Shown here: in pieces, positions 26,135 through 35,773 of the stretch
Layout of the letters: each line of letters starts with the position of its first letter
Numbering within the stretch: the stretch's first letter is position 1
Notes under the pieces: generated by a model
Told to the model about the DNA's origin: nothing
Seen by the model: only the letters and a program-made list of their open reading frames with translations
Databases searched by the model: none
From: Methanomassiliicoccaceae archaeon
Lineage (GTDB): Archaea; Thermoplasmatota; Thermoplasmata; Methanomassiliicoccales; Methanomassiliicoccaceae
DNA length: 64,000 bases
Direction: 5' to 3'
Assembly: GCA_040776945.1 (NCBI GenBank)
Contig: JAXGZN010000001.1
Location: 832,001 to 896,000 of the forward strand
Position numbers and translations under genes: made by a program

Positions 26135-27574
26135 ATGGACGAGAAGCGCATCGAGGATAGGCAGCTTGCCTTCCTGGTCGATGGAGACAATGCCCAGGCC
26201 ACGATGATCGAGGATATGCTGGCGGAAGCGTCGAAGTACGGCTCGGTCATCATCAGGCGTGTCTATGGAAATTGGACCGCGGGCGGGCAGGTCAATTCCT
26301 GGAAGACGAAGCTGAAAGAGTATGCCCTCTCCCCCTACCAGCAGTTCCCCAACATCTCCAATCGGCATGTGACCAAGAACGCGACCGACATTGCCCTGAT
26401 CATAGATGCCATGGACATACTTCATGACGGGATAGTCAAGGGGTTCGTCATCGTATCCAGCGATTCTGACTATACATCGCTGGCGATCAAGATACGAGAG
26501 CATGGGCTGTTCGTTATCGGCATTGGCAAGAAGGACACCCACGATTCCTTCCGGCGGGCATGCGACGTGTTCGTGTCGACGGAGAACCTCGGCAAGGAGG
26601 TCGAGGAGAAAGAGGCCCCCAAGGCCCCCAAGGGAAGCGCCCGGCCAAGAAAGACCCCGCGGGACGCGATCGAGATCCTTAATCGAGCGTTCGACTACGC
26701 CGTCAACGACGATGGTCGGGCCCTCAACGGGGACATCGGGGCTGCGCTGCGGCGCTTGGACCCGGCCTTCGACACCAGGAGCTATGGCAAGGCCTCCCTG
26801 CTAAACCTTATCGAGGAACTGGACGACCTGTTCGAGGTCGAGCGCGCCGACCACGGAGCGATCTATGTGCGCCGCAGGGACGACTACCTTAGCGTCCACA
26901 CAGAACAGCCGGCCTCCGTGCCGGCGAAGAAGGAGGCCGCGCCGCCTGCGAGCAAGGCGGCGGTCTGCACCTGCCGGACGCCAAGCGACGCGCTGCCCCT
27001 TCTTATGGAAGCGTTCCGCATAGTGGAGAAGAACAGCGACGGCACGGCCGATACTTTCAGGATGTTCAAGGCGGCAAAGAAGGTGGACCCCGCCTTTGAC
27101 AGCGCCAACTACGGGAAGGAAAAGATCTCCCACCTGCTGGAAGCGCTGCCTGACCAGTTCGCACTTGTCAGGAAGGGCAAGAGCATGATGGTGCGCAAGG
27201 TGGAGCGGGCGGAGGAGGAGATCGAGGAGCCAATGGCGGCGGAGGAAGAGGCCATGACCGTTGAGACGGAGGTCCCGGAGGGAACGGGCCCGCACGAGCC
27301 ATCGCGCAGCGGCATCGATCTGCTGAAGGTGGTCACCGCGGCCTTCGACCGGGTGGTCAAGGACGACGGCCTGGCCTTCCTGCCCCATCTGAGCAAGGAG
27401 GTCAAGCGAGAGGACCCCGAACTGGACTTCAAGGACTACGGCAAGCCCGGTCTCAGGCAGTTCTTGGAGGAGTTCGATGACGTGTTCACCCTACACAAAA
27501 AAGGCCGCAATGTTTACGTGAGCAAGCGGAAAGGCAAGCGGCCCGCCCGTCATATAAGCGAGCTTGTGAGGTAG
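26135..27574 (+). CDS. NYN-domain (LabA/DUF88) ribonuclease-like protein with three OST-HTH/LOTUS repeats
   Basis: Motifs VDGDN, KNATDIALIIDAMD and SSDSDY, plus three DPxFDxxxYG-type repeats. Confidence 0.92.
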   Translation: MDEKRIEDRQLAFLVDGDNAQATMIEDMLAEASKYGSVIIRRVYGNWTAGGQVNSWKTKLKEYALSPYQQFPNISNRHVTKNATDIALIIDAMDILHDGIVKGFVIVSSDSDYTSLAIKIREHGLFVIGIGKKDTHDSFRRACDVFVSTENLGKEVEEKEAPKAPKGSARPRKTPRDAIEILNRAFDYAVNDDGRALNGDIGAALRRLDPAFDTRSYGKASLLNLIEELDDLFEVERADHGAIYVRRRDDYLSVHTEQPASVPAKKEAAPPASKAAVCTCRTPSDALPLLMEAFRIVEKNSDGTADTFRMFKAAKKVDPAFDSANYGKEKISHLLEALPDQFALVRKGKSMMVRKVERAEEEIEEPMAAEEEAMTVETEVPEGTGPHEPSRSGIDLLKVVTAAFDRVVKDDGLAFLPHLSKEVKREDPELDFKDYGKPGLRQFLEEFDDVFTLHKKGRNVYVSKRKGKRPARHISELVR

Positions 27575-27649
27575 AGCATTCTCTGCAAACCTCTCCGCGG
27601 AGGGGGTCTCCCCCTCCTTCACGCACCTCAGGCCGCCCCGGCCGCGGCC

Positions 27650-28111
27650 TCAATGCGTGAACATCGAGATGGTCCAATTAACGCCCGCCACCACTAGGAC
27701 GGACGCAAGGAAGATCCCCAGGTTCTCATAGAAGGTGAAGTCACCGGCGTAGAAGAACAACCAGATCACCAGGAAGGTGAGCCATGCGATGGCCGAGAGC
27801 CCACCTATCCCGGACCTGATCCTCGAGCGCACAGGATATGGCATATAGCCCGGGCCCTGCGGCGGCACAGGCCGGGGAAATCGAAGCGTCCATGTGACCC
27901 AAGTGACCAATAGCAGTGCCACCACTATCAGCAGGGACAAAATGAAGACCGCGAGGTTCTGGGCAAGCAGGAACCCGGAGGCGAGGAAGAACAGCCAAAG
28001 CACGAGGAACACCAACCATCCGAACACCGCCACGATGGACAGAACAGCTCTCCACATCAGTCCCCCTTCCCTATTGTCCAAGCGCATGGTCACAGCTTCC
28101 TTTATCGGCAT
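27650..28111 (-). CDS. Membrane protein with internal duplication
   Basis: Two copies of W.xFLVxWLFF.A..F...xNL..F..S.LxV. Confidence 0.8.
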   Translation of the reverse strand: MPIKEAVTMRLDNREGGLMWRAVLSIVAVFGWLVFLVLWLFFLASGFLLAQNLAVFILSLLIVVALLLVTWVTWTLRFPRPVPPQGPGYMPYPVRSRIRSGIGGLSAIAWLTFLVIWLFFYAGDFTFYENLGIFLASVLVVAGVNWTISMFTH

Positions 28112-28147
28112 GGGAGGCGGTTCGGCGCTTAATATCCTTTGTCCGGA

Positions 28148-29359
28148 CTATTCGCTCGGCTCCACGTTCCTGAACAGTGCGTAGAACAGGCCGACCGAGG
28201 CGACATAGAACAGGGCAGCGAGGTAGAACGGCTCAGAGTACAGCCCCATGCCTAACAGGACGCCGCCTATGACCGTGGTAACGCTGTGAGGGAGCCTCCA
28301 TACGATCGAGTTGATGGCACTGGCAAGCCCTCTCTCCTCCTTGGTGATGATCCCCATGAGGAAGGCGTCCGAAAGCGGACTGGACATGTTCATAAGCATC
28401 GTCCGGACGACATAGAGGCCTCCGGCGGTGACAGGGTCGGGGGCGAAGGCCAGGGCCAGCATGAAGACCGTGGACGATCCCTGGCACAGCACGATGGCCC
28501 GCACCGTGCCGAAGCGGCGTGCAAGGCGGGTGCTGGCAATGGAGGCGAAGCCCATGGTCAAGCTCGCCAGGGCCAGCAGGGGGCCGCTGTAGGTGTCCGC
28601 GATACCAAAACGGTTCAGCAGCCATAGCGGTATAAGCGGTATGATGAACCCCGCCCCCAGACCGATCAGGGAATTGAGGGCCGAGAACTTCAGCATCGGT
28701 CGGAGGTTGCGCCCCTTCTTAAGGGACAGTCCCTCCCCGACGATCTCGGAATGATCCCTCAAGAGACGGGCCAGGGAGGCCGGCGTGATGAGCGACACCA
28801 GGGCGAGGATCACGAAGAAGACCTCATGCACTTGGTTCGTCGTCAACCCTCCAAGGCTGGCGATGGTGGGGAACGCGTAGGGCAGGGCGAAGCCGGCCCC
28901 GCTGGTGACCGCCATCACGATGAACGACATGGTGAACGCCTCTTTCCGCCCCTCGCCCGAGGCCATGTCCGCGATGAGCGCGTTCCAGGTGGTGAGGAAA
29001 GCGCCTTCGGCCGCTCCGGCGATCACTGAGGCCAGAACAAGGAACGGCAGGTCGGAGGTTAGTGCGTAGATGAGGAGGGCAGGAGGCATTCCCAATGTCC
29101 CTAAGATTAGGATGCGCTTCCTACCGACGCGGTCAGCGAGCATGCCCAGCGGCACGGCCGCAAGTATGAACACGATGCCGTTGACCGACAGAAGCAGGCC
29201 GACCGATCCGCCTGGAACGCCGATCTCCGGCAGGTAAGCCGAGGTCGCCACCCAATAGTACCCGGTCGCCAACGAGGAGAAGGACATGAGCAGCACCAGC
29301 CATTTCACCTTGATGGGCACCAGGCCGAAGGCGCCCCCTGACGACCGTCCGCTCAGCAT
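28148..29359 (-). CDS. MFS transporter
   Basis: Motif A GMLADRVGRK and about 12 TM helices. Start uncertain. Confidence 0.9.
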   Translation of the reverse strand: MLSGRSSGGAFGLVPIKVKWLVLLMSFSSLATGYYWVATSAYLPEIGVPGGSVGLLLSVNGIVFILAAVPLGMLADRVGRKRILILGTLGMPPALLIYALTSDLPFLVLASVIAGAAEGAFLTTWNALIADMASGEGRKEAFTMSFIVMAVTSGAGFALPYAFPTIASLGGLTTNQVHEVFFVILALVSLITPASLARLLRDHSEIVGEGLSLKKGRNLRPMLKFSALNSLIGLGAGFIIPLIPLWLLNRFGIADTYSGPLLALASLTMGFASIASTRLARRFGTVRAIVLCQGSSTVFMLALAFAPDPVTAGGLYVVRTMLMNMSSPLSDAFLMGIITKEERGLASAINSIVWRLPHSVTTVIGGVLLGMGLYSEPFYLAALFYVASVGLFYALFRNVEPSE

Positions 29360-29430
29360 GTTCCGACCCCGGAACATAGTCCGTTGTCGATTAAAAGGTG
29401 CTCGAAGGGATTCCCGAACCGCTCCAAGGC

Positions 29431-30423
29431 TCAGGGCCGTTGTTCCTTGGCCCCCTTCAGGGCCTTCCACCGCCGGACCTCGAGGTTATGCTCCCGGACC
29501 ATGTCCTGGGAACGATAGAGGGCCACCAGCCTCCGGTGTCCCTCACGGTCCCCGGGCTCCAGTTCCATCAGGGCCTCCAGTTCGCCGATGGCCGCCATGA
29601 CCAGGCCTCGGGACTCGTACAGTTCGGCCTTTCTGAGTAACGCTGCCGGGGTCCTCGGCCGTATGGACAGCGATCGCTCGAACCACTCCAGGGCCTCGTC
29701 CGTCCTTCCTTGGGAAGCATGCTCCTCCGCTCTCTGCATGCTCTCCCTGAAGCATGCCTCGGGGCCAGGAACCTCGATCGAACCGTCAGCCAGCGCCTCC
29801 AGGAGATGCTCCGTCTCGATCATGTCCGCCCCAGCATGCTCAGCGATGCGGAGCATCGAGGAGGCATACTCGGCGTAGTCATGGGCCGGTTCCAGGTTCG
29901 AGACCTCTCCCCTGGAGCGCAGGAGACACATCGCCTTCCGGCTCACCATCGGCCAGGCATAAGGGTCCTGTATATGCCACAGGCAGGCGGCCAGCTCCAC
30001 CCATCCTGCCTGCGCCGCCTCGCTCCTGTCCAGGCTGCCGGAGCTTACTGCCTTCTCCATGATCCCCTCGAGGTCCATGAGCGAGCCCTTGGCCGCTCCC
30101 GGGTCCTCTGGCAGCGCACCGGTTCGCCTCAGTCCAGGGTCAAGGTCGTCCAGGGGCACCCCCAGCGCGAGACTGGTGAGGGTCGAGGACACCGTCCGGG
30201 GCGGGAAGGCGTGTCCGCTCTCCACCGAGGCCTGGTCCATACGGTATTTCAGCGTTCCGAAGTTCCATTTGCCCTCGAGGAAGCCTTCAACCGTATCCCG
30301 CAGCGAGGTGGCCGCCCGCCTCCTGGCCTCGGTCTCGTCCATCCGCTCGATCCTCAGTTCAGAGCCGAGGTAGGCGGCATAGGCGCATCGCCACCATGTC
30401 TCCTCGGAACGGTTCTCGTCCAT
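29431..30423 (-). CDS. TPR-repeat protein with uncharacterised N-terminal domain
   Basis: C-terminal TPR helices (EALEWFERSLSIRP, AIGELEALMELEP). Confidence 0.8.
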   Translation of the reverse strand: MDENRSEETWWRCAYAAYLGSELRIERMDETEARRRAATSLRDTVEGFLEGKWNFGTLKYRMDQASVESGHAFPPRTVSSTLTSLALGVPLDDLDPGLRRTGALPEDPGAAKGSLMDLEGIMEKAVSSGSLDRSEAAQAGWVELAACLWHIQDPYAWPMVSRKAMCLLRSRGEVSNLEPAHDYAEYASSMLRIAEHAGADMIETEHLLEALADGSIEVPGPEACFRESMQRAEEHASQGRTDEALEWFERSLSIRPRTPAALLRKAELYESRGLVMAAIGELEALMELEPGDREGHRRLVALYRSQDMVREHNLEVRRWKALKGAKEQRP

Positions 30424-30435
30424 AACGGCCGGACC

Positions 30436-30834
30436 TCAAAGCAGCTTGCGGAAGTTGCCCATTCCGTCGTAAAGATAACCGGCGAAGATGAACTTCCGAG
30501 TGGCCCCGCTCTTGGCTATGCGGCCTCGAAGATCGGAGAGGATCGTGGTCGCTATGGCCGGGGTGTAGTCGGTCTCTGGAAGCGCCACGCTCACCGTCCC
30601 GAACTCATTGGCCGCGAAGACGTAGTCCTCCAGATAGGCATGCACCGCAGCCGTCTTGGCGGTCTCAATGAACTCGAACGCCACGATACTGCCCTCCTTC
30701 TCCGCCTTCACCACTCCCCGGGGCGCCCGATCGTCCAGGGTATGGGATGCCTTTATCGAGGGGTCCTGTTTCTGGAGATGCTGGGCCCGGCGTCCGGCAA
30801 CAGTGTCCAGGTATGCCTTGACCTCCTGCTTCAT
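30436..30834 (-). CDS. Hypothetical protein (132 aa)
   Basis: Good codon usage, within a co-oriented gene run. Confidence 0.8.
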   Translation of the reverse strand: MKQEVKAYLDTVAGRRAQHLQKQDPSIKASHTLDDRAPRGVVKAEKEGSIVAFEFIETAKTAAVHAYLEDYVFAANEFGTVSVALPETDYTPAIATTILSDLRGRIAKSGATRKFIFAGYLYDGMGNFRKLL

Positions 30835-30861
30835 GCTACTCTATCTGCCCGATGGTCATAA

Positions 30862-31707
30862 TCATTTTCCTTCCCTCTTGCCCCCATAGGCCCTGACATG
30901 CTCCCAGGCGAGGTGGTGCTCCGGGTACCTTTCCGGGTGCGTATACATCCCTGCATCCTCCCGTCCATATCCCTTGCGGTCCTGTCCCACCGGGCATACC
31001 TTTATGCATATCCCGCAGGGGGAGATGTGCCTCGAATAGAGCTTAATGTTGTGCTCGGTGCATCGGTCCTTCAATGTCAGGGCGGAGGGATAGTCCCCCT
31101 CGACGATGGCGTGGGCCGGGCAGGACCGCGCGCAGCGCATACATCGCACGCAAAGCTGTTCTGTCATCACGGGGTCCGGTGGCAGCTCTGCGGTGGTGAG
31201 TATGGAGGTGAACCTGACCCGGGGCCCATATTGGGGAGTAAGGAGCATATTGTTGACCCCGAAGGTCCCCAGGCCGGCGAGGTAGGCCGCGTGCCGGTGA
31301 GAGAAGAAGGCGATCGGCCGGTCCCTCAGGACGTCCATGCCCCCATATCCGTCCCGAGGGATGAAGATCGATGGCCAGCCCATCTCTCCCAGCATGGTGG
31401 CGATGCGATATGAGGAATCATCGAGGAGGCGGTTCACGGTATTGTACAGCTCACGATAGAATATCGAAGGGCTCGTCTCAAGCGCTGGCAGCTCCACCGG
31501 TATGCCTATCACTATGACCGATCTGGCCTCAGGATAGACGCCCCGGGGACGGAACCGTTCAGGCACCCAGGGGGTGAAAGGCCCCTCGTTCCAGCGCTCG
31601 ACGGGGGCCACCCCCATGAGAGGTATGTCCAGATGATTGCACTTAGATCTCAGCGCTCTCTTCAGCGATAGCGCCTCTGTGTTCCTATCATCGACGTACA
31701 TGATCAT
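30862..31707 (-). CDS. Epoxyqueuosine reductase (QueG)-like Fe-S protein
   Basis: Motifs FSHRHAAYLAGLGTFG, TPQYGPRVRF, CVRCMRCARSCP and CGICIKVCP. Confidence 0.85.
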   Translation of the reverse strand: MIMYVDDRNTEALSLKRALRSKCNHLDIPLMGVAPVERWNEGPFTPWVPERFRPRGVYPEARSVIVIGIPVELPALETSPSIFYRELYNTVNRLLDDSSYRIATMLGEMGWPSIFIPRDGYGGMDVLRDRPIAFFSHRHAAYLAGLGTFGVNNMLLTPQYGPRVRFTSILTTAELPPDPVMTEQLCVRCMRCARSCPAHAIVEGDYPSALTLKDRCTEHNIKLYSRHISPCGICIKVCPVGQDRKGYGREDAGMYTHPERYPEHHLAWEHVRAYGGKREGK

Positions 31708-31710
31708 CGC

Positions 31711-32535
31711 TCACGGAATGTCCTGAGGGTCCCAGGTGGTATGGTAGCCCTCGTCGAAGCGGTCCATTTCCGCCTCGTCCTTGGCCGAGATCTCGAAATC
31801 GAAGATCGCGGCATTCTCTCTCATCCGCTCCGGCCGCACGCTCTTAGGTATGGCCGCCATGCCCTTCTGGACCACCCACCTGAGGAGCATCTGGGCAGGC
31901 GTTCTCCCATATTCGCGGGCCAAGGCCACCAGCCGAGGGTCGTTCAACCGTCTCCCTTTCGTCAGCGGACTGTAGGCCTCAAGGGCGATGCCTTTGTCGC
32001 GGCAATAGGAGAGCAGTTCCTTTTGGTACAGGAAGGGGGAGAACTCAACCTGGTCCACCGACGGGACGAGGGACGACGCTGACATGATGTCGTCCAGATG
32101 CCGGGGCAGGAAGTTGCTTACCCCTGCAGACCTGGCCTTGCCCTCGTCCAGGATGCGGTCCATGGCCTTCCACGCCCCCTGTCGGTCGCCCCGAGGCCAA
32201 TGTATGAGGTACAGGTCCACATGGTCGACGCCCAGCGCCTTGAGGCTCCGGTCGCAGGCAGCCAGCGCCTCACGGTAGCCATTGTCGGTGTGCCACAGCT
32301 TGGTGGTGATGAAGACGTCGTCCCTGGGCACTCCGCTCTCCTTGATGGCCTGTCCGACCCCTCTCTCGTTGTGGTAGTAGGCCGCAGTGTCGATGTGCCG
32401 GTAACCTATGTCCAACGCCTCCTTCACCACTGTGCGCGCCTCGCCGTTGGTGACCTGATACACTCCCAGCCCTAGAACGGGCATCTTTACGCCGTTGTTA
32501 AGGACGATCTTGCTGGACAGAGACAGGTCCGCCAT
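31711..32535 (-). CDS. Aldo/keto reductase
   Basis: Motifs GYRHIDTAAYY, FITTKLW, DLYLIHWP, GVSNF, AYSPL and IPKS. Confidence 0.95.
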   Translation of the reverse strand: MADLSLSSKIVLNNGVKMPVLGLGVYQVTNGEARTVVKEALDIGYRHIDTAAYYHNERGVGQAIKESGVPRDDVFITTKLWHTDNGYREALAACDRSLKALGVDHVDLYLIHWPRGDRQGAWKAMDRILDEGKARSAGVSNFLPRHLDDIMSASSLVPSVDQVEFSPFLYQKELLSYCRDKGIALEAYSPLTKGRRLNDPRLVALAREYGRTPAQMLLRWVVQKGMAAIPKSVRPERMRENAAIFDFEISAKDEAEMDRFDEGYHTTWDPQDIP

Positions 32536-32610
32536 TGAGGATATATAGCACACCAGAGGATAAAACAGCACGGATGGAGAAAGAAGGAAAGGGAAAGAGG
32601 TTTTTGGCGC

Positions 32611-33627
32611 TCAGCCGCTGCCCGGCGGAAGCGTCACATTGTAGGTCTCTCCGCTGACCGGGTCGTTGTACCGCATAGTGAAGTCCGCCCGGTCCCCGGT
32701 CACATCGAACCAAGCCAGGAACTGGGTGTTCCCGTTCAGGGGTATCAGTTGCTGGCTAACAAATGCGGTGGCGCTGGAATTGGCGGTGAAATCTTGGTCA
32801 CCGTTGTTGATCACCAGTCCGCTGGCGTAAACAGTGTGCCGGATGTTCCAGTTGTTGGTGAAGTTGACCAGCACCACGAAGAAGGTCCCGTTCACATTGG
32901 TCCTCCACTCACCGCTGAGAGCCGACACCGAAAGCGATCCCTTAATGGGCACCCACATGGGTCCGGCCGTGGTGGGCGCGGAGAGGGTCTCATTGGAGTT
33001 CAGGTCGAAGGCCTGGAAGGTCAGGGTGAAGTTGCCGACGTAGTTGAGGACCACATCGAAGGCCCTGCTGTCGGTGGCGTTGCCGTTCGTCCTGAACGCC
33101 CCCAGGTCCCCGCTGATGACGATGTGGTTGACATAATCGCCGCTGCGGATGTCAGTGGTCCATTCCAGCGTCCGTCCGGTAGCGGTGGTTACTATGAGGT
33201 TCTGGGGGTCGATCTCGTCTATCGGGTCGGTCAGTTCGGCGAACATCCGTATCAGGACGTCGCCGCTGTAGCCCGCGGCGGGCGTGCTGTTGATATGGAA
33301 CCTATAGGTTTGTGCCCGGTTATAGGTGATGTTGGACTGCCCCTGTCCGGGATAGGATACTTCTAGGCTGACCTTGGGTGCGGCACTACCCAGATCTCGA
33401 GGCAAGGTGATGTTCATCGTTCGGAGACCAAGATCAATGGTGCTCAACGGCGGGGGGTTCGTACCGTTCGAGCCGTTGTTGCCATTGTTGTTCCCATTGT
33501 TATTGTTATTATCATCGCCGTTGTCTTTCCCCTTATCATCGGGGGCGTTCATGCTGAGCACCACGTAGGCCCCAGCGGCCAAAAGGACGATGACCACGGC
33601 GACCGCAGCGATCATATTTTTCTTCAT
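32611..33627 (-). CDS. Membrane-anchored extracellular beta-rich protein, paralog 1
   Basis: N-terminal TM anchor, Asn/Gly-rich linker and many N-x-S/T sequons. Similar to 33868..34827. Confidence 0.85.
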   Translation of the reverse strand: MKKNMIAAVAVVIVLLAAGAYVVLSMNAPDDKGKDNGDDNNNNNGNNNGNNGSNGTNPPPLSTIDLGLRTMNITLPRDLGSAAPKVSLEVSYPGQGQSNITYNRAQTYRFHINSTPAAGYSGDVLIRMFAELTDPIDEIDPQNLIVTTATGRTLEWTTDIRSGDYVNHIVISGDLGAFRTNGNATDSRAFDVVLNYVGNFTLTFQAFDLNSNETLSAPTTAGPMWVPIKGSLSVSALSGEWRTNVNGTFFVVLVNFTNNWNIRHTVYASGLVINNGDQDFTANSSATAFVSQQLIPLNGNTQFLAWFDVTGDRADFTMRYNDPVSGETYNVTLPPGSG

Positions 33628-33867
33628 GATGTCACATGCCAGTATTCAGATTGGTCGAGAATAATTTTGACCGTGGATATAAAGACTTGGTTGATGGATA
33701 TCAATATCGGGAAGAACGCGACGGACCGATGGCATCTCATCCATCATATCATCTGGATGGCTATGCTTGGAAGGTCCGGGACAGGTCCGGCAAGCGGCTC
33801 AATATCAGATTTCAAAACATCCTCATCGGACCGTGCGCCCGATCGAAAGAGATGGGAAAAGGTTTGG

Positions 33868-34827
33868 TCAGGTCATAGTGCCCAGCGGCACGTTGTAGAC
33901 CTCTCCGCTATGTTCGTCCCTATATTGAAGCACGAAGCTTGAACGGTCCTGTACGGTGAAGTCGAACCAGGCGTTGAACTGGGTCGACTGCCTTGGCGCA
34001 AGGCTCTGTTCCTTGAACGCTCCGGCAGAGGTGTTGGCCGTCCTCTCCACAGTGCCGTTCCTTAGGACCAGGAAGGACCCATGGACATCATACCGGATGT
34101 TCCAGTCGTTGGTGATGTTCATCAGTATGACGAGATAGGTGCCGTTGGTGGTGTTCCTCCACTCGCCGCGGGTCAGGGCCTTCACGGTCAGGTGGCCGGT
34201 CACCGGAACATACAGAGGGGTCGCGGACACAGGGTCGGATATGGCCTTCCCGGAGTCAAGGTCAAAGGCCTGGATGAAGAGGCTGTAGTTCCCCGTGCCA
34301 TTGAACAGTACGTCGAAGGAACGGGAGGACGAGGAACCGTCGGTCCTCCAGGCTACGATGTCCCCGCTGATCACATTGTAGAGGGAGTGCGCCCCGCTCT
34401 TAGTGGCGAAGCTCCATTCCACCTGCTTGCCCTCAAAGTCCTTGACCAATAGATTCGTGGGGCCGATCTCCTTTTCCTTCTCGGCGAACATCTTGATCAG
34501 AACGTTGCCTGTATAGCCTGAGGCCGGAGCAGCGTTAAGGCCGAACCGATAGTACTCGCTCCAGTTGTACGTATGACCGCTCTCCCCCTTTCCAGGGTAG
34601 ACCATGGAAAGCGCCATCTTCCTATCATTGGAAGCGACCTCCCTTGGGAAGGACACCGCCAGCGTCTTGTTGGCCGAGGTAACCGCATCAGGCCTCCCAT
34701 TATCCTCATCGTCCACCCCGGCCGGGCCCTCTTTGCCGGGGATGTTCCCCATGGTCACTGCGACATATGCTCCGGCGATCAATAGGCCGGCCGCCACCAC
34801 GATCGCCGCTATCGTCATCTTGTTCAT
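33868..34827 (-). CDS. Membrane-anchored extracellular beta-rich protein, paralog 2
   Basis: N-terminal TM anchor. Shares YPG.G.S..TYN, GY.G.VLI.MFAE, QAFDL and N.TN.WNIR with paralog 1. Confidence 0.85.
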   Translation of the reverse strand: MNKMTIAAIVVAAGLLIAGAYVAVTMGNIPGKEGPAGVDDEDNGRPDAVTSANKTLAVSFPREVASNDRKMALSMVYPGKGESGHTYNWSEYYRFGLNAAPASGYTGNVLIKMFAEKEKEIGPTNLLVKDFEGKQVEWSFATKSGAHSLYNVISGDIVAWRTDGSSSSRSFDVLFNGTGNYSLFIQAFDLDSGKAISDPVSATPLYVPVTGHLTVKALTRGEWRNTTNGTYLVILMNITNDWNIRYDVHGSFLVLRNGTVERTANTSAGAFKEQSLAPRQSTQFNAWFDFTVQDRSSFVLQYRDEHSGEVYNVPLGTMT

Positions 34828-35049
34828 TTTCCCGTCCCTCCATTAATATACGATGCATGTATTTGGAGGCGAACATATTAAGAGTTAGGCTCTTCGATCG
34901 AACATCTGGAAACGTCATAGGCCGCCCCTCACGGCCGTTCCGTTCGACCCATGACATGGCAAAATGCCCCCCATTGTCCCGCTGGAACGAGAGGTGTTCC
35001 GCCGCCAGCCAAGAAAGCACAATTAAATGCTATGTGCCAATGGAGTAGC

Positions 35050-35709
35050 ATGTTCGCAATTACGCTCGACCAGGCCATGGCCGCCCTGGGCTATGCCGTG
35101 CTGACGATCACGGTCGTGCTGTCCGTTCTCGCCCTAATCATGCTGGTGGTCACCTCCATATCCATGCGGAGGGGCCGCTTCTATCTGCCTCGCCTGCTTC
35201 GTCCCGGCCTGATAATCCTGGAGGGATTGGCCAAGATATTGTGGAGGGTCAGCAACTTGGACGATCGGGAGATAATATCCTTCTCCATCAGGCTCCATAA
35301 CCAGCTAAACCGAGAGAGGTTCAGCAAGCTGGCAATGGAGGACCGGATGGTCTTCCTTCCTCAATGCCTACGTTCCATGGACTGTCCCTCCAATCTGTCG
35401 ATCGAGGGACTGGTGTGCAAGAGATGCATGCGCTGCGAGATCGGCCGTTCGATCGATGAGCTGGAGGGCCACGGCTGCAAGGTTTCGATCGTCCCAGGCT
35501 CCACCTTCTTGAAGCGGTTGGTGAAGAAGTACCGCCCAAAGGGGATAGTCGGCGTGGGGTGCCTGATGGAAGTTAAGGAAGGATTGGAGATGACCGATCG
35601 CATGGACCTTCCGGCCATGGGTGTGGTCACCACCAAGGACGGGTGCGTGGAGACCGCTGTGGATTGGCCTACGCTGATCGAGATCGCGACCATGCGCCCG
35701 GAGGCATGA
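35050..35709 (+). CDS. DUF116 domain protein
   Basis: Motifs FLPQCLR..DCP, C..C..C.IG, IVPGSTF, GVGC..E and GCVET. Confidence 0.88.
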   Translation: MFAITLDQAMAALGYAVLTITVVLSVLALIMLVVTSISMRRGRFYLPRLLRPGLIILEGLAKILWRVSNLDDREIISFSIRLHNQLNRERFSKLAMEDRMVFLPQCLRSMDCPSNLSIEGLVCKRCMRCEIGRSIDELEGHGCKVSIVPGSTFLKRLVKKYRPKGIVGVGCLMEVKEGLEMTDRMDLPAMGVVTTKDGCVETAVDWPTLIEIATMRPEA

Positions 35710-35773
35710 GCGGTCCGGAGATGGCGACAACGGAATCGCTCATTTGAAGTAACCCACCGTTATTCGAGATTGC

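Noticed and set aside
27650-28150. The MFS TAG stop (28148) is in frame with the downstream membrane gene through 12 sense codons, suggesting a possible amber read-through fusion
   Set aside because: The spacer contains a TATA-like ATATTAAG about 20-25 nt before the downstream ATG, and the MFS is complete, so the phase match is probably chance.
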